The position numbers were made by a program, and so were the translations under genes. 64,000 bases of DNA from Candidatus Nomurabacteria bacterium (GTDB taxonomy: Bacteria > Patescibacteriota > Dojkabacteria > SC72 > JAHDCA01). The stretch covers positions 7,299 to 71,298 of the forward strand of contig JACKFQ010000002.1 in NCBI GenBank assembly GCA_020632395.1, in the 5' to 3' direction. The notes beneath the pieces are model-generated. The model had not been told where the DNA came from. It searched no databases and saw only the letters and a program-made list of their open reading frames with translations. Positions 1-9,240 of this stretch are shown here, piece after piece (position 1 is the first letter of the stretch; every line of letters begins with the position of its first letter).

Positions 1-621
1 ATTCACAAAATACCCACCAACCAGAAAAGCACTTAGAATTGATGTGACTTTACCAGGTTTTTCAGTAAGAATACTAACTAAAGCGCCAAAAAAAGAAACT
101 GCAAGAAAAGTCAGCGCGACATTAGACATGAATAGAAACCAGTTAGATATATCGATATCAGCATCGATGAACCTTACCGCGATCATGATAGTACCTACCA
201 TCAGTAGTGCACAGTAGATCGATTTGATGAGCAGAGAAATAAACATACCCAAGCCAACCTCGCTTCTTGAGATCGGATATGACAAAGTGATCCCCAATGA
301 TCCATCAAATGCCTCTTTTGCAAACTTGACTACCCATCCAACTATAAATGGCATAAAAACAACTGCCCAGAAGAAACCAAAATATTCAGAGCCAATAAAA
401 ACATCAAAATTGGAATAATCTGTATCTTGGATCCCAAATGCTTCAAGAAGTGCAGGAGGGAAAGCTTCAACATAGGCATTTAGATCCGCATCTAAACCTT
501 GAAATGTAGGGAAGAAAGATACCATCAGAGCTGTGATCAGAATAGCTGCAATCGCACACCATATCATTGAGCTCTTGCTATCCAATATATCCATTTTTAC
601 TCTAGTCAGAATATTCCTCAT
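1..621 (-). CDS. ABC-2 type transporter permease (5' end of window, truncated at 3' end of gene)
   Basis: Manual reverse-strand translation from ATG at 619-621 gives MRNILTRVKMDILDSKSSMIWCAIAAILITALMVSFFPTF..., a multi-TM hydrophobic protein. Its start codon abuts/overlaps the stop of the upstream ABC ATPase (623..1555), a typical ABC-2 operon arrangement. Not in the ORF track because it runs off the edge. Confidence 0.55.
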   Translation of the reverse strand, partial: MRNILTRVKMDILDSKSSMIWCAIAAILITALMVSFFPTFQGLDADLNAYVEAFPPALLEAFGIQDTDYSNFDVFIGSEYFGFFWAVVFMPFIVGWVVKFAKEAFDGSLGITLSYPISRSEVGLGMFISLLIKSIYCALLMVGTIMIAVRFIDADIDISNWFLFMSNVALTFLAVSFFGALVSILTEKPGKVTSILSAFLVGGYFVN

Positions 622-622
622 A

Positions 623-1555
623 TCACTTTTCGTTATATAGTTCTAAGAACATCTCCTCAAGCTTTGGTTCGGAGATCGTAAGATGCTTTATCTTTAGCTT
701 TGCCAATAGATTTATCAACTGATTTATATCACCAAGATATTTCGCATGATATCGTCCCTGTCCTTCTGCTTTCATGTCTGGAAGAAGATTCATCAGATCT
801 GATGGTAGTTCATCATCAACCCATAACTTCAAAAAGTAGGTTTTCGGTATCAATTCGCCTATTGTAGATACCTTTATCAATTCTCCTTGTCGAATTATCC
901 CCACCCTATCACATACTCGCTGGACCTCACTTAAGATATGCGAGGAAAGAAGCACAGTACCGCCATTCTCCCGAAATTCAAATAACATCTCTTCAAATAT
1001 GTTCTGTAGTAGTGGATCTAATCCACTCGTTGGTTCATCTAGGATCAGCAGTTTTGGCATCTTCATAAATGCCTGTACAAGCAACACCTTCTGTTTATTA
1101 CCGCTTGAAAGTTCACTGATCTTTCGGTCAAGATCCAGATCCAAACGATCAGCAAAACTATTAAACTCTATCTGCTTATGTGATATCGAAGATAAATACT
1201 CGAACAATCTTCTTGCAGACCAGTTCTCATATATGTAACCTTCCCCACTGATATAGCCGATCTCATCCATCAGCTTTGTATCTGATCTGACACCATTATT
1301 TATTCCTAATATCTGAAAGTTTCCTTCATCTTGAAAGATCTGTCCCATCAAAACTCTTATCGTAGTGGTTTTTCCCGCACCATTTGGTCCAAGAAAACCA
1401 AATATCTCTCCGCGCTTTACACTAAATGAAAGGTCTTTTACTGCCTTTACCTTCCCATAGCTTTTACAGAGGGAATTGATAATTATGACATTTTCTTGTT
1501 TTGCTTTACCTTCCATTATGAATGTGGCATCTTTTATTGATTGATAATAGCCCAA
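623..1555 (-). CDS. ABC transporter ATP-binding protein (ABC-2/CcmA-like)
   Basis: Walker A GPNGAGKTT, ABC signature LSSGNKQK, Walker B LLILDEPTSGLD, H-loop SSH. Confidence 0.85.
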   Translation of the reverse strand: MGYYQSIKDATFIMEGKAKQENVIIINSLCKSYGKVKAVKDLSFSVKRGEIFGFLGPNGAGKTTTIRVLMGQIFQDEGNFQILGINNGVRSDTKLMDEIGYISGEGYIYENWSARRLFEYLSSISHKQIEFNSFADRLDLDLDRKISELSSGNKQKVLLVQAFMKMPKLLILDEPTSGLDPLLQNIFEEMLFEFRENGGTVLLSSHILSEVQRVCDRVGIIRQGELIKVSTIGELIPKTYFLKLWVDDELPSDLMNLLPDMKAEGQGRYHAKYLGDINQLINLLAKLKIKHLTISEPKLEEMFLELYNEK

Positions 1556-2742
1556 TTCCTATGCAAAATCCAAATCTAAAACGTCATCACTTCTACTACT
1601 TCTTTCTCTTTCTTACTACATTTCAGCTGGTAAATATTGCAATATGGTCATATTATCCCATACTGCTATACAAGCAATTAAGAAGTATAGATGCAATTGT
1701 CCAAGATAATATCTTTTTATACTCCGGGATCATTATTGGTTTCCTTTTCTTCTCATTTATCCTGGATCGCTTTGGTTACGCGAAGATATCAAGAGTTTCA
1801 TTTATCCTGCTCTCATTAACTTCATTTGTAATATTCCTATTTATAGGGAACATAGCTGAATACTACAGAATATTTGCTTTGCTGATAGGGATCGGACACG
1901 GTTCATATTGGACTATCTTTCATAGCTTCACACTTTCAAAATTTGATAAAAAGGGACGCAGTAAACTCATGAATGAAGTCTATGGTTGGATGCTTATAAT
2001 TTCTGTAGTTGCTCCCATACTTTCTGGCTATGCTCTAACCGCTACAGGAAGATATGATCTGTTATTCCTTTCAGCATCAGCAATATATCTCTTTGCAGCA
2101 ATACTCCCTCGAGATCTTGGCTCCGAATCTAGAACAAAGTTCAGAGGGTCAGAGATAACAGCGATCTTAAAAGAGAAGGTTTTTAATAGATACTTTTTCA
2201 CCATGTTCTATCATACTTCCACCGGGTCTGTGATGGATGCGATGTTCAAAGTCATACCATTTATAATGCTAGGTACTGAATTGAAAGTTGGAGCATTATT
2301 TAGCGTAGTTGCAGTAATGACAGGAGTTTTCTCTATCCTATCACGGAATTGGAACGAGAAGAGAAAACGTTTAGTTGCACTAGATTCATTCATCTTGCAT
2401 GGTGGTACAAATCTTGCTTTAGCGATCTCATGGACTACCCCTTTTCTTATCCTGAGGCAGATCACGCAATCTATTGCTCAAGGGTTTGCAATACCGGTTT
2501 TTGATTCCATTGATTACAGTATCAGAGAGGATCTAACGAAAGGTAAAGAAGAATCAGCGATCGAGATGAATTTGGTGAGCGAAGGTATCTATTTCATCTC
2601 ACGCCTGACAGGTCTTATCATTCTTCTGATAATATTTGAATTCTCCCCATACACACAGATGGCAACTGCACAGATAGTCATCGGTGCTCTATCCTTTCAT
2701 AGACTACTCTCATATCTGTTTGGAGTGAGCTTATCAAAATAG
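1522..2742 (+). CDS. Polytopic membrane transporter, MFS-like
   Basis: About 400 aa with 10-12 predicted hydrophobic helices. The true start is probably the internal Met at 1561 (MQNPNLK), since the 5' end overlaps the upstream ATPase gene. Confidence 0.4.
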   Translation: MWHLLLIDNSPIPMQNPNLKRHHFYYFFLFLTTFQLVNIAIWSYYPILLYKQLRSIDAIVQDNIFLYSGIIIGFLFFSFILDRFGYAKISRVSFILLSLTSFVIFLFIGNIAEYYRIFALLIGIGHGSYWTIFHSFTLSKFDKKGRSKLMNEVYGWMLIISVVAPILSGYALTATGRYDLLFLSASAIYLFAAILPRDLGSESRTKFRGSEITAILKEKVFNRYFFTMFYHTSTGSVMDAMFKVIPFIMLGTELKVGALFSVVAVMTGVFSILSRNWNEKRKRLVALDSFILHGGTNLALAISWTTPFLILRQITQSIAQGFAIPVFDSIDYSIREDLTKGKEESAIEMNLVSEGIYFISRLTGLIILLIIFEFSPYTQMATAQIVIGALSFHRLLSYLFGVSLSK

Positions 2743-2876
2743 AAACTTCTAGATCCAGACTGAGGTGGGTTGCTGATCGGTAGAGATGCTTAAATAACAC
2801 TTCTTCCCACGAGGATCTTCACCATGTGATTGACCTAAAGTCAAGCATCATATACATTCATATTATCGGATATTAA

Positions 2877-3944
2877 TTGAACGATCGCTCAATGTCATTC
2901 ATTCCAAACACACATTCGGTAGAAAGTGTCACATCAGGTCATCCAGACAAGGTGTGCGATCAGATCTCTGATGCCATAGTTGATGCATGCATTTCGCAAG
3001 ATCCTGATAGCAGAGTAGCAGTAGAGTGTTTTGGTGGACATGGAAAACTGAATATTGGTGGTGAGGTGACCACAACAGCACAGGTAAATTATGAAGATAT
3101 CGCAAGGCAGGTATATGGCGAGATCGGATATATGGATCCTTTGGAAATCGAAGTGAATATCTCTGAACAATCACCTGATATTGCAATGGGGGTCAATCCC
3201 GGTGGTGCAGGAGATCAGGGGATAATGTACGGGTATGCAACAGGCAATACAGTAAATTTTATGCCGGAAAGTGTAAATCTCGCCCATCAACTAACTCAAT
3301 CATTACAACGTCTCAGAGATGCTGGTGATCTAGATTGGTTAGGACCTGATGGCAAGGCACAAGTCACATATATTGATCGTAAACTACATACTGTACTTGT
3401 GAGTGCTCAACACGATGCAGATATGACAATAGAAGATGTACGGGAGATCATTCGATCTGACATAATCGAACCACTTACGACTTCGTACCCCGTTCTAGAT
3501 ATCTTGGTAAATCCGACTGGGCGCTTTGTTCGTAGTGGTTTCGACGCTGACACAGGACTTACTGGCAGAAAAATAATGGTTGATAGTTATGGTGGTTTGA
3601 TACTACATGGAGGGGGTTGTTTTTCTGGGAAGGATGCTACGAAAGTCGATAGATCTGGAGCATATATGGCTAGATTCGTAGCTAAAAATATCGTAGCTAA
3701 CCAATTTGCAAGTGAATGTTTGGTTTCTGTTGCCTATTCCATAGGCATTTCAGAACCTCTCATGGTCAGTATAATCAATGAAAAAGGCGAACAACTAGCT
3801 GAGAAGTTTGCAGTTGCATTTGATTTTAGACCTCAAGCTATCATCGAGAGGTTACAGTTGAAACGACCCATATATCGAAAGACTGCAACATACGGACACT
3901 TCGGAAAAGAGGGTGATAGTTGGGAGGAGATCATCTCGCTATGA
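2877..3944 (+). CDS. metK: S-adenosylmethionine synthetase (short bacterial-type MetK)
   Basis: Hallmark motifs SVTSGHPDKVCDQISDAI, GGGCFSGKDATKVDRSGAYMAR and DGKAQVT. The true start is possibly the Met at 2892 (MSFIPN...). Confidence 0.85.
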   Translation: MNDRSMSFIPNTHSVESVTSGHPDKVCDQISDAIVDACISQDPDSRVAVECFGGHGKLNIGGEVTTTAQVNYEDIARQVYGEIGYMDPLEIEVNISEQSPDIAMGVNPGGAGDQGIMYGYATGNTVNFMPESVNLAHQLTQSLQRLRDAGDLDWLGPDGKAQVTYIDRKLHTVLVSAQHDADMTIEDVREIIRSDIIEPLTTSYPVLDILVNPTGRFVRSGFDADTGLTGRKIMVDSYGGLILHGGGCFSGKDATKVDRSGAYMARFVAKNIVANQFASECLVSVAYSIGISEPLMVSIINEKGEQLAEKFAVAFDFRPQAIIERLQLKRPIYRKTATYGHFGKEGDSWEEIISL

Positions 3945-4011
3945 GGGTGATTACAGCAAAGAAAAGGGGGTGTTAGCCCCCTTTCTTACTACTATTCCTT
4001 ACTTATACCCT

Positions 4012-4611
4012 TTACAGATCCATACCATAACCTTCCATCTCCCCTTTCATCATACCTGCACCACGCATACCACCATGCATCATCGGACCTTCTTCTCTGA
4101 CTTTGGTGAAGAAATCCTCAACAACCTCGGTAACATTAGTTCGTTGCAATTCTGCTTGGTCGGCAGTTAATTTCCCAGACTGCTCCAACTCATTAATTCT
4201 TTCTATGGAGTTTTCAACAACACAACTTTTGACTGCTGATATGTCTGATACTCCGAGTTGTTCCAATGCAGTTTGTAATGTCATCCCTTCAGTAGAATGG
4301 ATCGTATCATGTATATCCTCTACTTTGAGATCTGTACATATGGAAACATCCTCCATCATCGCCATCCCTTTCATGAAACGGCCACCTCCAAAACCACCAA
4401 CTGGTCCTAACTCCTCATGAGCTTGCTTGATTGCACTCCCTAGATCATCAGATGACACTCCAACAAGCTCCGCTACCCTGTCAACAAACTGTTGCCAAGA
4501 AGCAGGTGTTGCAGTTTCGTCAGCGGCATTGACGGTAGCTGAAGCTGATGTAAACAGAGCTACAATTGTAGCTACACCCGCGATTGCTGTAATAGCAATA
4601 AGTTTTTTCAT
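4012..4611 (-). CDS. Secreted periplasmic protein, CpxP/Spy/ZraP-like with Met/Gly-rich C-terminal tail
   Basis: N-terminal signal peptide MKKLIAITAIAGVATIVALFTSASA; an LTxxQ-type motif (LTADQAELQ); C-terminus GPMMHGGMRGAGMMKGEMEGYGM plus RFMKGMAMM. It sits immediately downstream of a histidine kinase/response regulator pair. Confidence 0.45.
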   Translation of the reverse strand: MKKLIAITAIAGVATIVALFTSASATVNAADETATPASWQQFVDRVAELVGVSSDDLGSAIKQAHEELGPVGGFGGGRFMKGMAMMEDVSICTDLKVEDIHDTIHSTEGMTLQTALEQLGVSDISAVKSCVVENSIERINELEQSGKLTADQAELQRTNVTEVVEDFFTKVREEGPMMHGGMRGAGMMKGEMEGYGMDL

Positions 4612-4683
4612 AAATTATTAAGTAATATAAATTAGATATTCACATGATAACTGTTGTACTGTGTACAGCCTGTGAAGTACAGT

Positions 4684-5832
4684 TCATTTAATATAAGTTG
4701 GTATTGTGACAGTAAATATCGTCCCTTTTCCTTCAGTACTTAAGACCTCTATGGTTCCATCATGTTCCTCGATTACCTTCTTAACGATGGCAAGACCTAA
4801 CCCCGATCCATCGATCTTCGGATCAGCTCCACCTCTATAAAATCTGTCAAATATATGAGGGAGAAATTTTGGAGATATTCCCAAACCGTTATCTTTGAAT
4901 TTTACTATCAAGAAATTACCCTCAATATCAGCAGAAACTGTGATCTTCGGGTCTTTCGAGCTGTATTTGATCGAATTTTCTATCAGATTTCCAAAAGCTC
5001 TAGCGATATATTTCGGATCTCCGTAGATCATTGCATCCTTCGGTATCTTAGTTGTGACCTTAACATTCTCCTGAGCTATCAATGGATGAAGATCTTCAAG
5101 TATCTCCTCAAGTAGTTCATGTAATTTGATCGGTGCTCTTTTGCTGATGCTCCTTCGATCAAGATAGAAGAGATCTTCGCTCAAACGAATGAGTTTTCTA
5201 TTCATTTTGGCTAAAACCTCTACAGCCTCATGATAATCACTAACTGTGGGGGTTTCTTTATTTCGAAGATTATCCAAATTTGCTCGCATGGATGCTAAAG
5301 GAGTCCGCAATTCATGTGCTGCATCTTGGATGAATTCCTCTTGAGAATTGAATGCTCTCTCTACATCATCAAGAAGATCATTGAAACTATCTCTCAAATA
5401 CTCTATCTCAGTTGAGGAACGAACATCAGGCAATCTACCCTGTAATTTCCCGGATGAAAGCTTCTTGACATCTAACGCTAATTTATCGATCGGTCGTACA
5501 AGATAGGTTGCAGTTATATAACCCAGTCCCACTGAAAGTAAAGCGGTAGGGATAAGCAGAATAACGAGAGTTCGATTGTATTTCTCTGTTACCTGTTCCT
5601 CAAAGTATTCACCCATTTGTATCAGCCGATACTGATCCTTCAACTGCTGACCTCTATAAAAATCTCCCAAACCCGGATGTTTCTGTAATAATGCTTCTAT
5701 CCTTGAGATAACTATCTGCTCTTCAACCTTATGATTGATAATGCTAAATAGTGATGTTGAGAATGCTATTAAAACGACTATGAGAATAGCAGAGAATACA
5801 AGTGCAAACTTACTTTTTAGTGATCTTAACAT
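4684..5832 (-). CDS. Sensor histidine kinase (two TM helices, HisKA + HATPase_c)
   Basis: H-box HELRTPLASMRANLDNL, N-box/G-boxes DNGLGISPKFLPHIFDRFYRG and GSGLGLAIVKKVIEEHDGTI. Two N-terminal hydrophobic segments. Overlaps the response regulator gene by 7 nt. Confidence 0.85.
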   Translation of the reverse strand: MLRSLKSKFALVFSAILIVVLIAFSTSLFSIINHKVEEQIVISRIEALLQKHPGLGDFYRGQQLKDQYRLIQMGEYFEEQVTEKYNRTLVILLIPTALLSVGLGYITATYLVRPIDKLALDVKKLSSGKLQGRLPDVRSSTEIEYLRDSFNDLLDDVERAFNSQEEFIQDAAHELRTPLASMRANLDNLRNKETPTVSDYHEAVEVLAKMNRKLIRLSEDLFYLDRRSISKRAPIKLHELLEEILEDLHPLIAQENVKVTTKIPKDAMIYGDPKYIARAFGNLIENSIKYSSKDPKITVSADIEGNFLIVKFKDNGLGISPKFLPHIFDRFYRGGADPKIDGSGLGLAIVKKVIEEHDGTIEVLSTEGKGTIFTVTIPTYIK

Positions 5833-6509
5833 TCTTTGACCTCCTCTATCTTATAGCCGACACCTGGAATAGTCTTGATAATTGTGTAATCTTTGTCGCC
5901 TATCTTTTTTCTGAGATTCTTAATGTGGGATCTCACGGGAGGATCGACAAGATCAGCATCATCATCCCACAAAGTATCAATTATTGTAGCCTGTTCGACA
6001 ACAGCAGGTGAATTGAATGCTAAAAGATAAAGTAGATCAAACTCCAATTTAGTTAGATCGATCTCATTATTTTTTAATCGAACTGTTCTTGATCTCGGAT
6101 CGATCGTTATGCCTTTAAATGAATAACATTTACTCTCATCAACCTTATCCCTATCTAACACAACTCTTATTCTTGCCATAAGTTCACGCATATCAAAAGG
6201 CTTTGTGACATAATCATCGAAACCTAGTTCGAATCCCTTCAACTTATCGCTAATACCATCTCGAGCTGTCATTGCGATTATCTTGGTTTCTATCTCTGCA
6301 GTTCTAACAGACCGTGCTATCGAAAACCCATCCAAACCAGGTAGATTTATATCTAGTAATATAAGATCAGGTTTGACATTTGGTATCACACTAAGTGCTT
6401 CATCTCCCTTGTTGACGATCTCAACGTGATAATCCTTGGACAGAGCAGACCCTACAGCTTTGCCCAAATCTACAGCATCTTCAATTATCAGTATTTTCCT
6501 TTTTAACAT
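5826..6509 (-). CDS. OmpR-family response regulator
   Basis: Receiver motifs (LILLDINLPGLDG, conserved D/K) plus a C-terminal winged-helix trans_reg_C-like region. Confidence 0.85.
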   Translation of the reverse strand: MLKRKILIIEDAVDLGKAVGSALSKDYHVEIVNKGDEALSVIPNVKPDLILLDINLPGLDGFSIARSVRTAEIETKIIAMTARDGISDKLKGFELGFDDYVTKPFDMRELMARIRVVLDRDKVDESKCYSFKGITIDPRSRTVRLKNNEIDLTKLEFDLLYLLAFNSPAVVEQATIIDTLWDDDADLVDPPVRSHIKNLRKKIGDKDYTIIKTIPGVGYKIEEVKEC

Positions 6510-6638
6510 GACTGATTATACCAACTCTCTATGAAGAGTATGTGAATTATTTGTGAATCAACAATACTCAATTAGGGCAAGTATAAAGCATGATTTAATT
6601 GGACTTAAGATCGTTTCAGGGGATATAGCCTTATATTA

Positions 6639-7520
6639 TCAGAGCAAGATCCCTTCCCGATCCTCTTCGACCTCTGATTCATAAGGGAGATAGTAGATGT
6701 TTGTACCATAATCATCTACACCAACATTCTCTGCTTCCCCGCGTAAGATCGCCTCAAAAGGTCTGCATGCAAAACATCCATCTCCACCTTCTGGACAATC
6801 AAGTTTATTTAGTTGACGTGCTAATTTGATCTTCTTTGCAATTGTCATAACTTTTACCTCAGACTCATCAAGATCAGGAAGTTGTTTTTCCTCAGGTTCG
6901 TCATCGAGTTCGAGATACCAATAGCTTGCCATCTTTACTTTGCGCTTCTGACAGTGATGAACCAAGAGATGATAGATCGGAAGCTGTAAAGATTCACCCT
7001 CTTCTTTTTTCATGCTTGTCTTGAAATCCAAGATATTCACAGAATCTTCTTCAGGAATATACTGAAGCCAGTCTATCTTTCCACATAATATGATCTCGTC
7101 CTTCTCTGATAACCAGTAGTACGGAAGGTCCATATTGATCTTGACTGCTAACTTCTCTAAAGGCCCTGGATGTGCGATCACTCTTCGTATCATCTCTTCA
7201 CCTCGTTTCTTATACTTCGTTTCCTGCTGTTCATCTTTGAATCCGCCCTTCTTGCCTGTATTTTTTTCCCATTCACTATCAAATTGTCTGAGCAGTGGAG
7301 TGCTAAAACGATCCTCAGTAGGTAAAGTTGATAAACTTTCTAGTACAGTATGCACAACACTTCCAAGTGTTAATGATGGTGAGATCAACTTGACCTTCTT
7401 ATTATTAGTTGGGTCCTTATACATATTTTTAAGAAAGTATGCTCTCGGACATTGTAAAAAATCGTTTATCGAAGAGTGAGAAACCCAGAGTGCATTATAT
7501 TTGTCTGCCATAATATCCAT
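6639..7520 (-). CDS. Stand-alone PD-(D/E)XK nuclease with Fe-S cysteine set (Cas4/AddB-nuclease-like)
   Basis: N-terminal Cys (FLQCPRAYF), D...DxK core (GKIDWLQ ... ILDFKTS), QxxxY (QLPIYHLL) and a C-terminal C-x5-C-x2-C (CPEGGDGCFACRPF). There are no cas1/cas2 genes or repeats nearby. Confidence 0.6.
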   Translation of the reverse strand: MDIMADKYNALWVSHSSINDFLQCPRAYFLKNMYKDPTNNKKVKLISPSLTLGSVVHTVLESLSTLPTEDRFSTPLLRQFDSEWEKNTGKKGGFKDEQQETKYKKRGEEMIRRVIAHPGPLEKLAVKINMDLPYYWLSEKDEIILCGKIDWLQYIPEEDSVNILDFKTSMKKEEGESLQLPIYHLLVHHCQKRKVKMASYWYLELDDEPEEKQLPDLDESEVKVMTIAKKIKLARQLNKLDCPEGGDGCFACRPFEAILRGEAENVGVDDYGTNIYYLPYESEVEEDREGILL

Positions 7521-7916
7521 TGTGAATTAAGTCCTTGCATATTCTATCAGAGTAGCAACATTAGTTCAGCAAATATTGATATAACGCCAGATATGGCTAT
7601 AGGCCTATGTTGACCAGACTTTACATTAGTGCTATATTCCACCAACAGGTAAATAACCTGTCTTACTGCCCAAGTGGTTCGTTGAGCGTTAACTTTTTTA
7701 GGTTGACCAATGCGCTCTCGGGTCGTACATTTTTACACCTCTGAAACTACACATCATCATTGTAGAGGAACATCCTTGCAAATTTATAAGTTTTATCTTT
7801 ATGAAAGATCAATTTGTCATTCAAATATTATTAATTATCTAATTTAATAGAGAAAGGAGGTTAAAAATATCATCGATCAAATAGAACTGCCCGAATAACT
7901 TTACTTACCCAGCCAA

Positions 7917-8513
7917 ATGAGTAGGATCGCATTGAGTATCACCTTGGTGGTGGCTCTTGCGGCTGTAGTTGTCGGTTCTTCTATGGCAGTTTTCAGTGAC
8001 CAAGAAGTAGTAGCAGGCAATACAGTTGCAATGGGTACACTTGAGGTGACAGTGAACGACTCTGCAGGTAAGCCCTTTTCTGTAACAAATGCCTATCCTG
8101 GATGGATGCTTCCAAATTGGGAGTATATCGACATCCTAAACACAGGAACACTACCTCTTGAAGCTCATATGTCCTTCCAGAAGACAAGCGGAAGTTCACA
8201 GCTGTATAACCAACTAACAATCTTATTAAAGACTTCAGGATGGGATAGTGATTGTAGTAATGGTGATGCAGGTGAAAAGGTGATCTACAATGGTAAGATC
8301 AAGGACTTCACACCTCAGACATTAGTAAGTGACATTGCTTATTGGCACTTAGCCAATGAGGATGATGGCTCAGGACCAAACGATAACATCAGAGTTGGAT
8401 GGTCGGAGAGAGTATGTCAGAAGGTTGGAGTTCATGTAGATGCAGGTAATGCAATCATGGGAACATCAGTGGAGTTCTCAGAGATCGTAGATGCAATGCA
8501 GGACAACGACTAA
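7917..8513 (+). CDS. TasA/camelysin-like secreted fibre protein with SipW-cognate class signal peptide
   Basis: N-terminus MSRIALSITLVVALAAVVVGSSMAVFSDQEVVAGNTVAMGTLEVTVN matches the ...A(Y/V)FSD(T/Q)E...N.F..GTL(D/E) pattern of SipW-processed proteins. The gene directly precedes a SipW-type peptidase. Confidence 0.6.
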   Translation: MSRIALSITLVVALAAVVVGSSMAVFSDQEVVAGNTVAMGTLEVTVNDSAGKPFSVTNAYPGWMLPNWEYIDILNTGTLPLEAHMSFQKTSGSSQLYNQLTILLKTSGWDSDCSNGDAGEKVIYNGKIKDFTPQTLVSDIAYWHLANEDDGSGPNDNIRVGWSERVCQKVGVHVDAGNAIMGTSVEFSEIVDAMQDND

Positions 8514-8531
8514 ATGTCGTTAGCTTGGGTA

Positions 8532-8558
8532 CCGGTGCACAGCTTCGCTGTGCACCGG
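8532..8558. promoter_or_regulatory. Perfect 12-bp-stem GC-rich hairpin (ccggtgcacagc-ttc-gctgtgcaccgg) in the tasA-like/sipW intergenic region
   Basis: The inverted repeat is seen directly. There is no U-tract after it, so it is not a canonical intrinsic terminator. It may be an attenuator or RNA-stability element between the fibre-subunit and peptidase genes. Confidence 0.4.
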
Positions 8559-8599
8559 GTCAAGCGACTACCCAGCCAGAGTAGCTTAAGGATTATACT

Positions 8600-9187
8600 A
8601 TGAGAACAGATCTAATCAAAAACTTAACTCTAAAAAACCTTATCAATCCGGCTAAAGCTCTGCTTCTGTTCTTGATATTCACGATTGGAACACTGATCAT
8701 CTTAAGCATGGTCGAAAATCCCTTCGGAATAAGATCTTACACTGTTCTGACAGGTTCAATGGAGCCAGCTATCCAAACAGGTAGCATCATTTTCACTTAT
8801 CATAAGGATGAATATAAGATAGGAGATATCATCACCTACAAACCAACGGGGAAGATCGCGGGGCAAACAGATATGACCTTGACCCATCGGATAGTAAAGA
8901 TCGATGAAACCCCAAACGGTTTGCTAATTACCACCAAAGGAGATGCAAATGCTGCAAACGATTATGACAAGGTTTCTGAAGATCAGATCATTGGCAGTTC
9001 TCTTATGACTGTGCCTTATCTTGGTTTTGTTGTTGATACAGCAAAGAAACCACTAGGGTTTGTAGCGCTTGTAGTTATACCGTCAACCATCCTGATCTAT
9101 GAGGAGTTGAGAAAGATCCGCGAATCCTTGAAAAGCTCAAAAGGGTTAGGAGAAACAGCGACAAATAACCATAAGATCCTGAATTAG
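8600..9187 (+). CDS. sipW: Signal peptidase I, SipW/Sec11 (S26B, archaeal/eukaryal type)
   Basis: GSMEPAI catalytic Ser motif and THRIV His motif, with both an N-terminal and a C-terminal TM anchor as in Bacillus SipW. Confidence 0.7.
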   Translation: MRTDLIKNLTLKNLINPAKALLLFLIFTIGTLIILSMVENPFGIRSYTVLTGSMEPAIQTGSIIFTYHKDEYKIGDIITYKPTGKIAGQTDMTLTHRIVKIDETPNGLLITTKGDANAANDYDKVSEDQIIGSSLMTVPYLGFVVDTAKKPLGFVALVVIPSTILIYEELRKIRESLKSSKGLGETATNNHKILN

Positions 9188-9240
9188 GATCTAGTAGATC
9201 TGGGTGGGAAAAAGGAAAGGTTATTTGAGATCAGGACAGC

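Noticed and set aside
999-1238. Short + strand ORFs antisense to the ABC ATPase gene. The same applies to the many 60-130 aa ORFs in the track that lie inside and opposite to long genes, for example 2929..3186, 7135..7479, 9878..10327, 19195..19572, 28548..28953 and 55646..56141.
   Set aside because: Each is fully embedded antisense or out of frame within a longer ORF that has clear family motifs, and none has independent motif support. I treat them as shadow ORFs.
2743-2891. SAM riboswitch upstream of metK
   Set aside because: I could not find the conserved S-box/SAM-II pairing elements by eye. This is left as not supported, and an Rfam scan would settle it.
3913-4170. His-rich + strand ORF (…HLPFHHTCTTHTTMHHRTFF…)
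   Set aside because: It is the antisense shadow of the Met-rich codons (ATG/CAT) of the CpxP/ZraP-like gene on the minus strand.
6639-7520. CRISPR-Cas locus suggested by the Cas4-like nuclease
   Set aside because: There is no repeat-spacer array anywhere in the window and no cas1/cas2 or effector genes. Only the solo nuclease is present.
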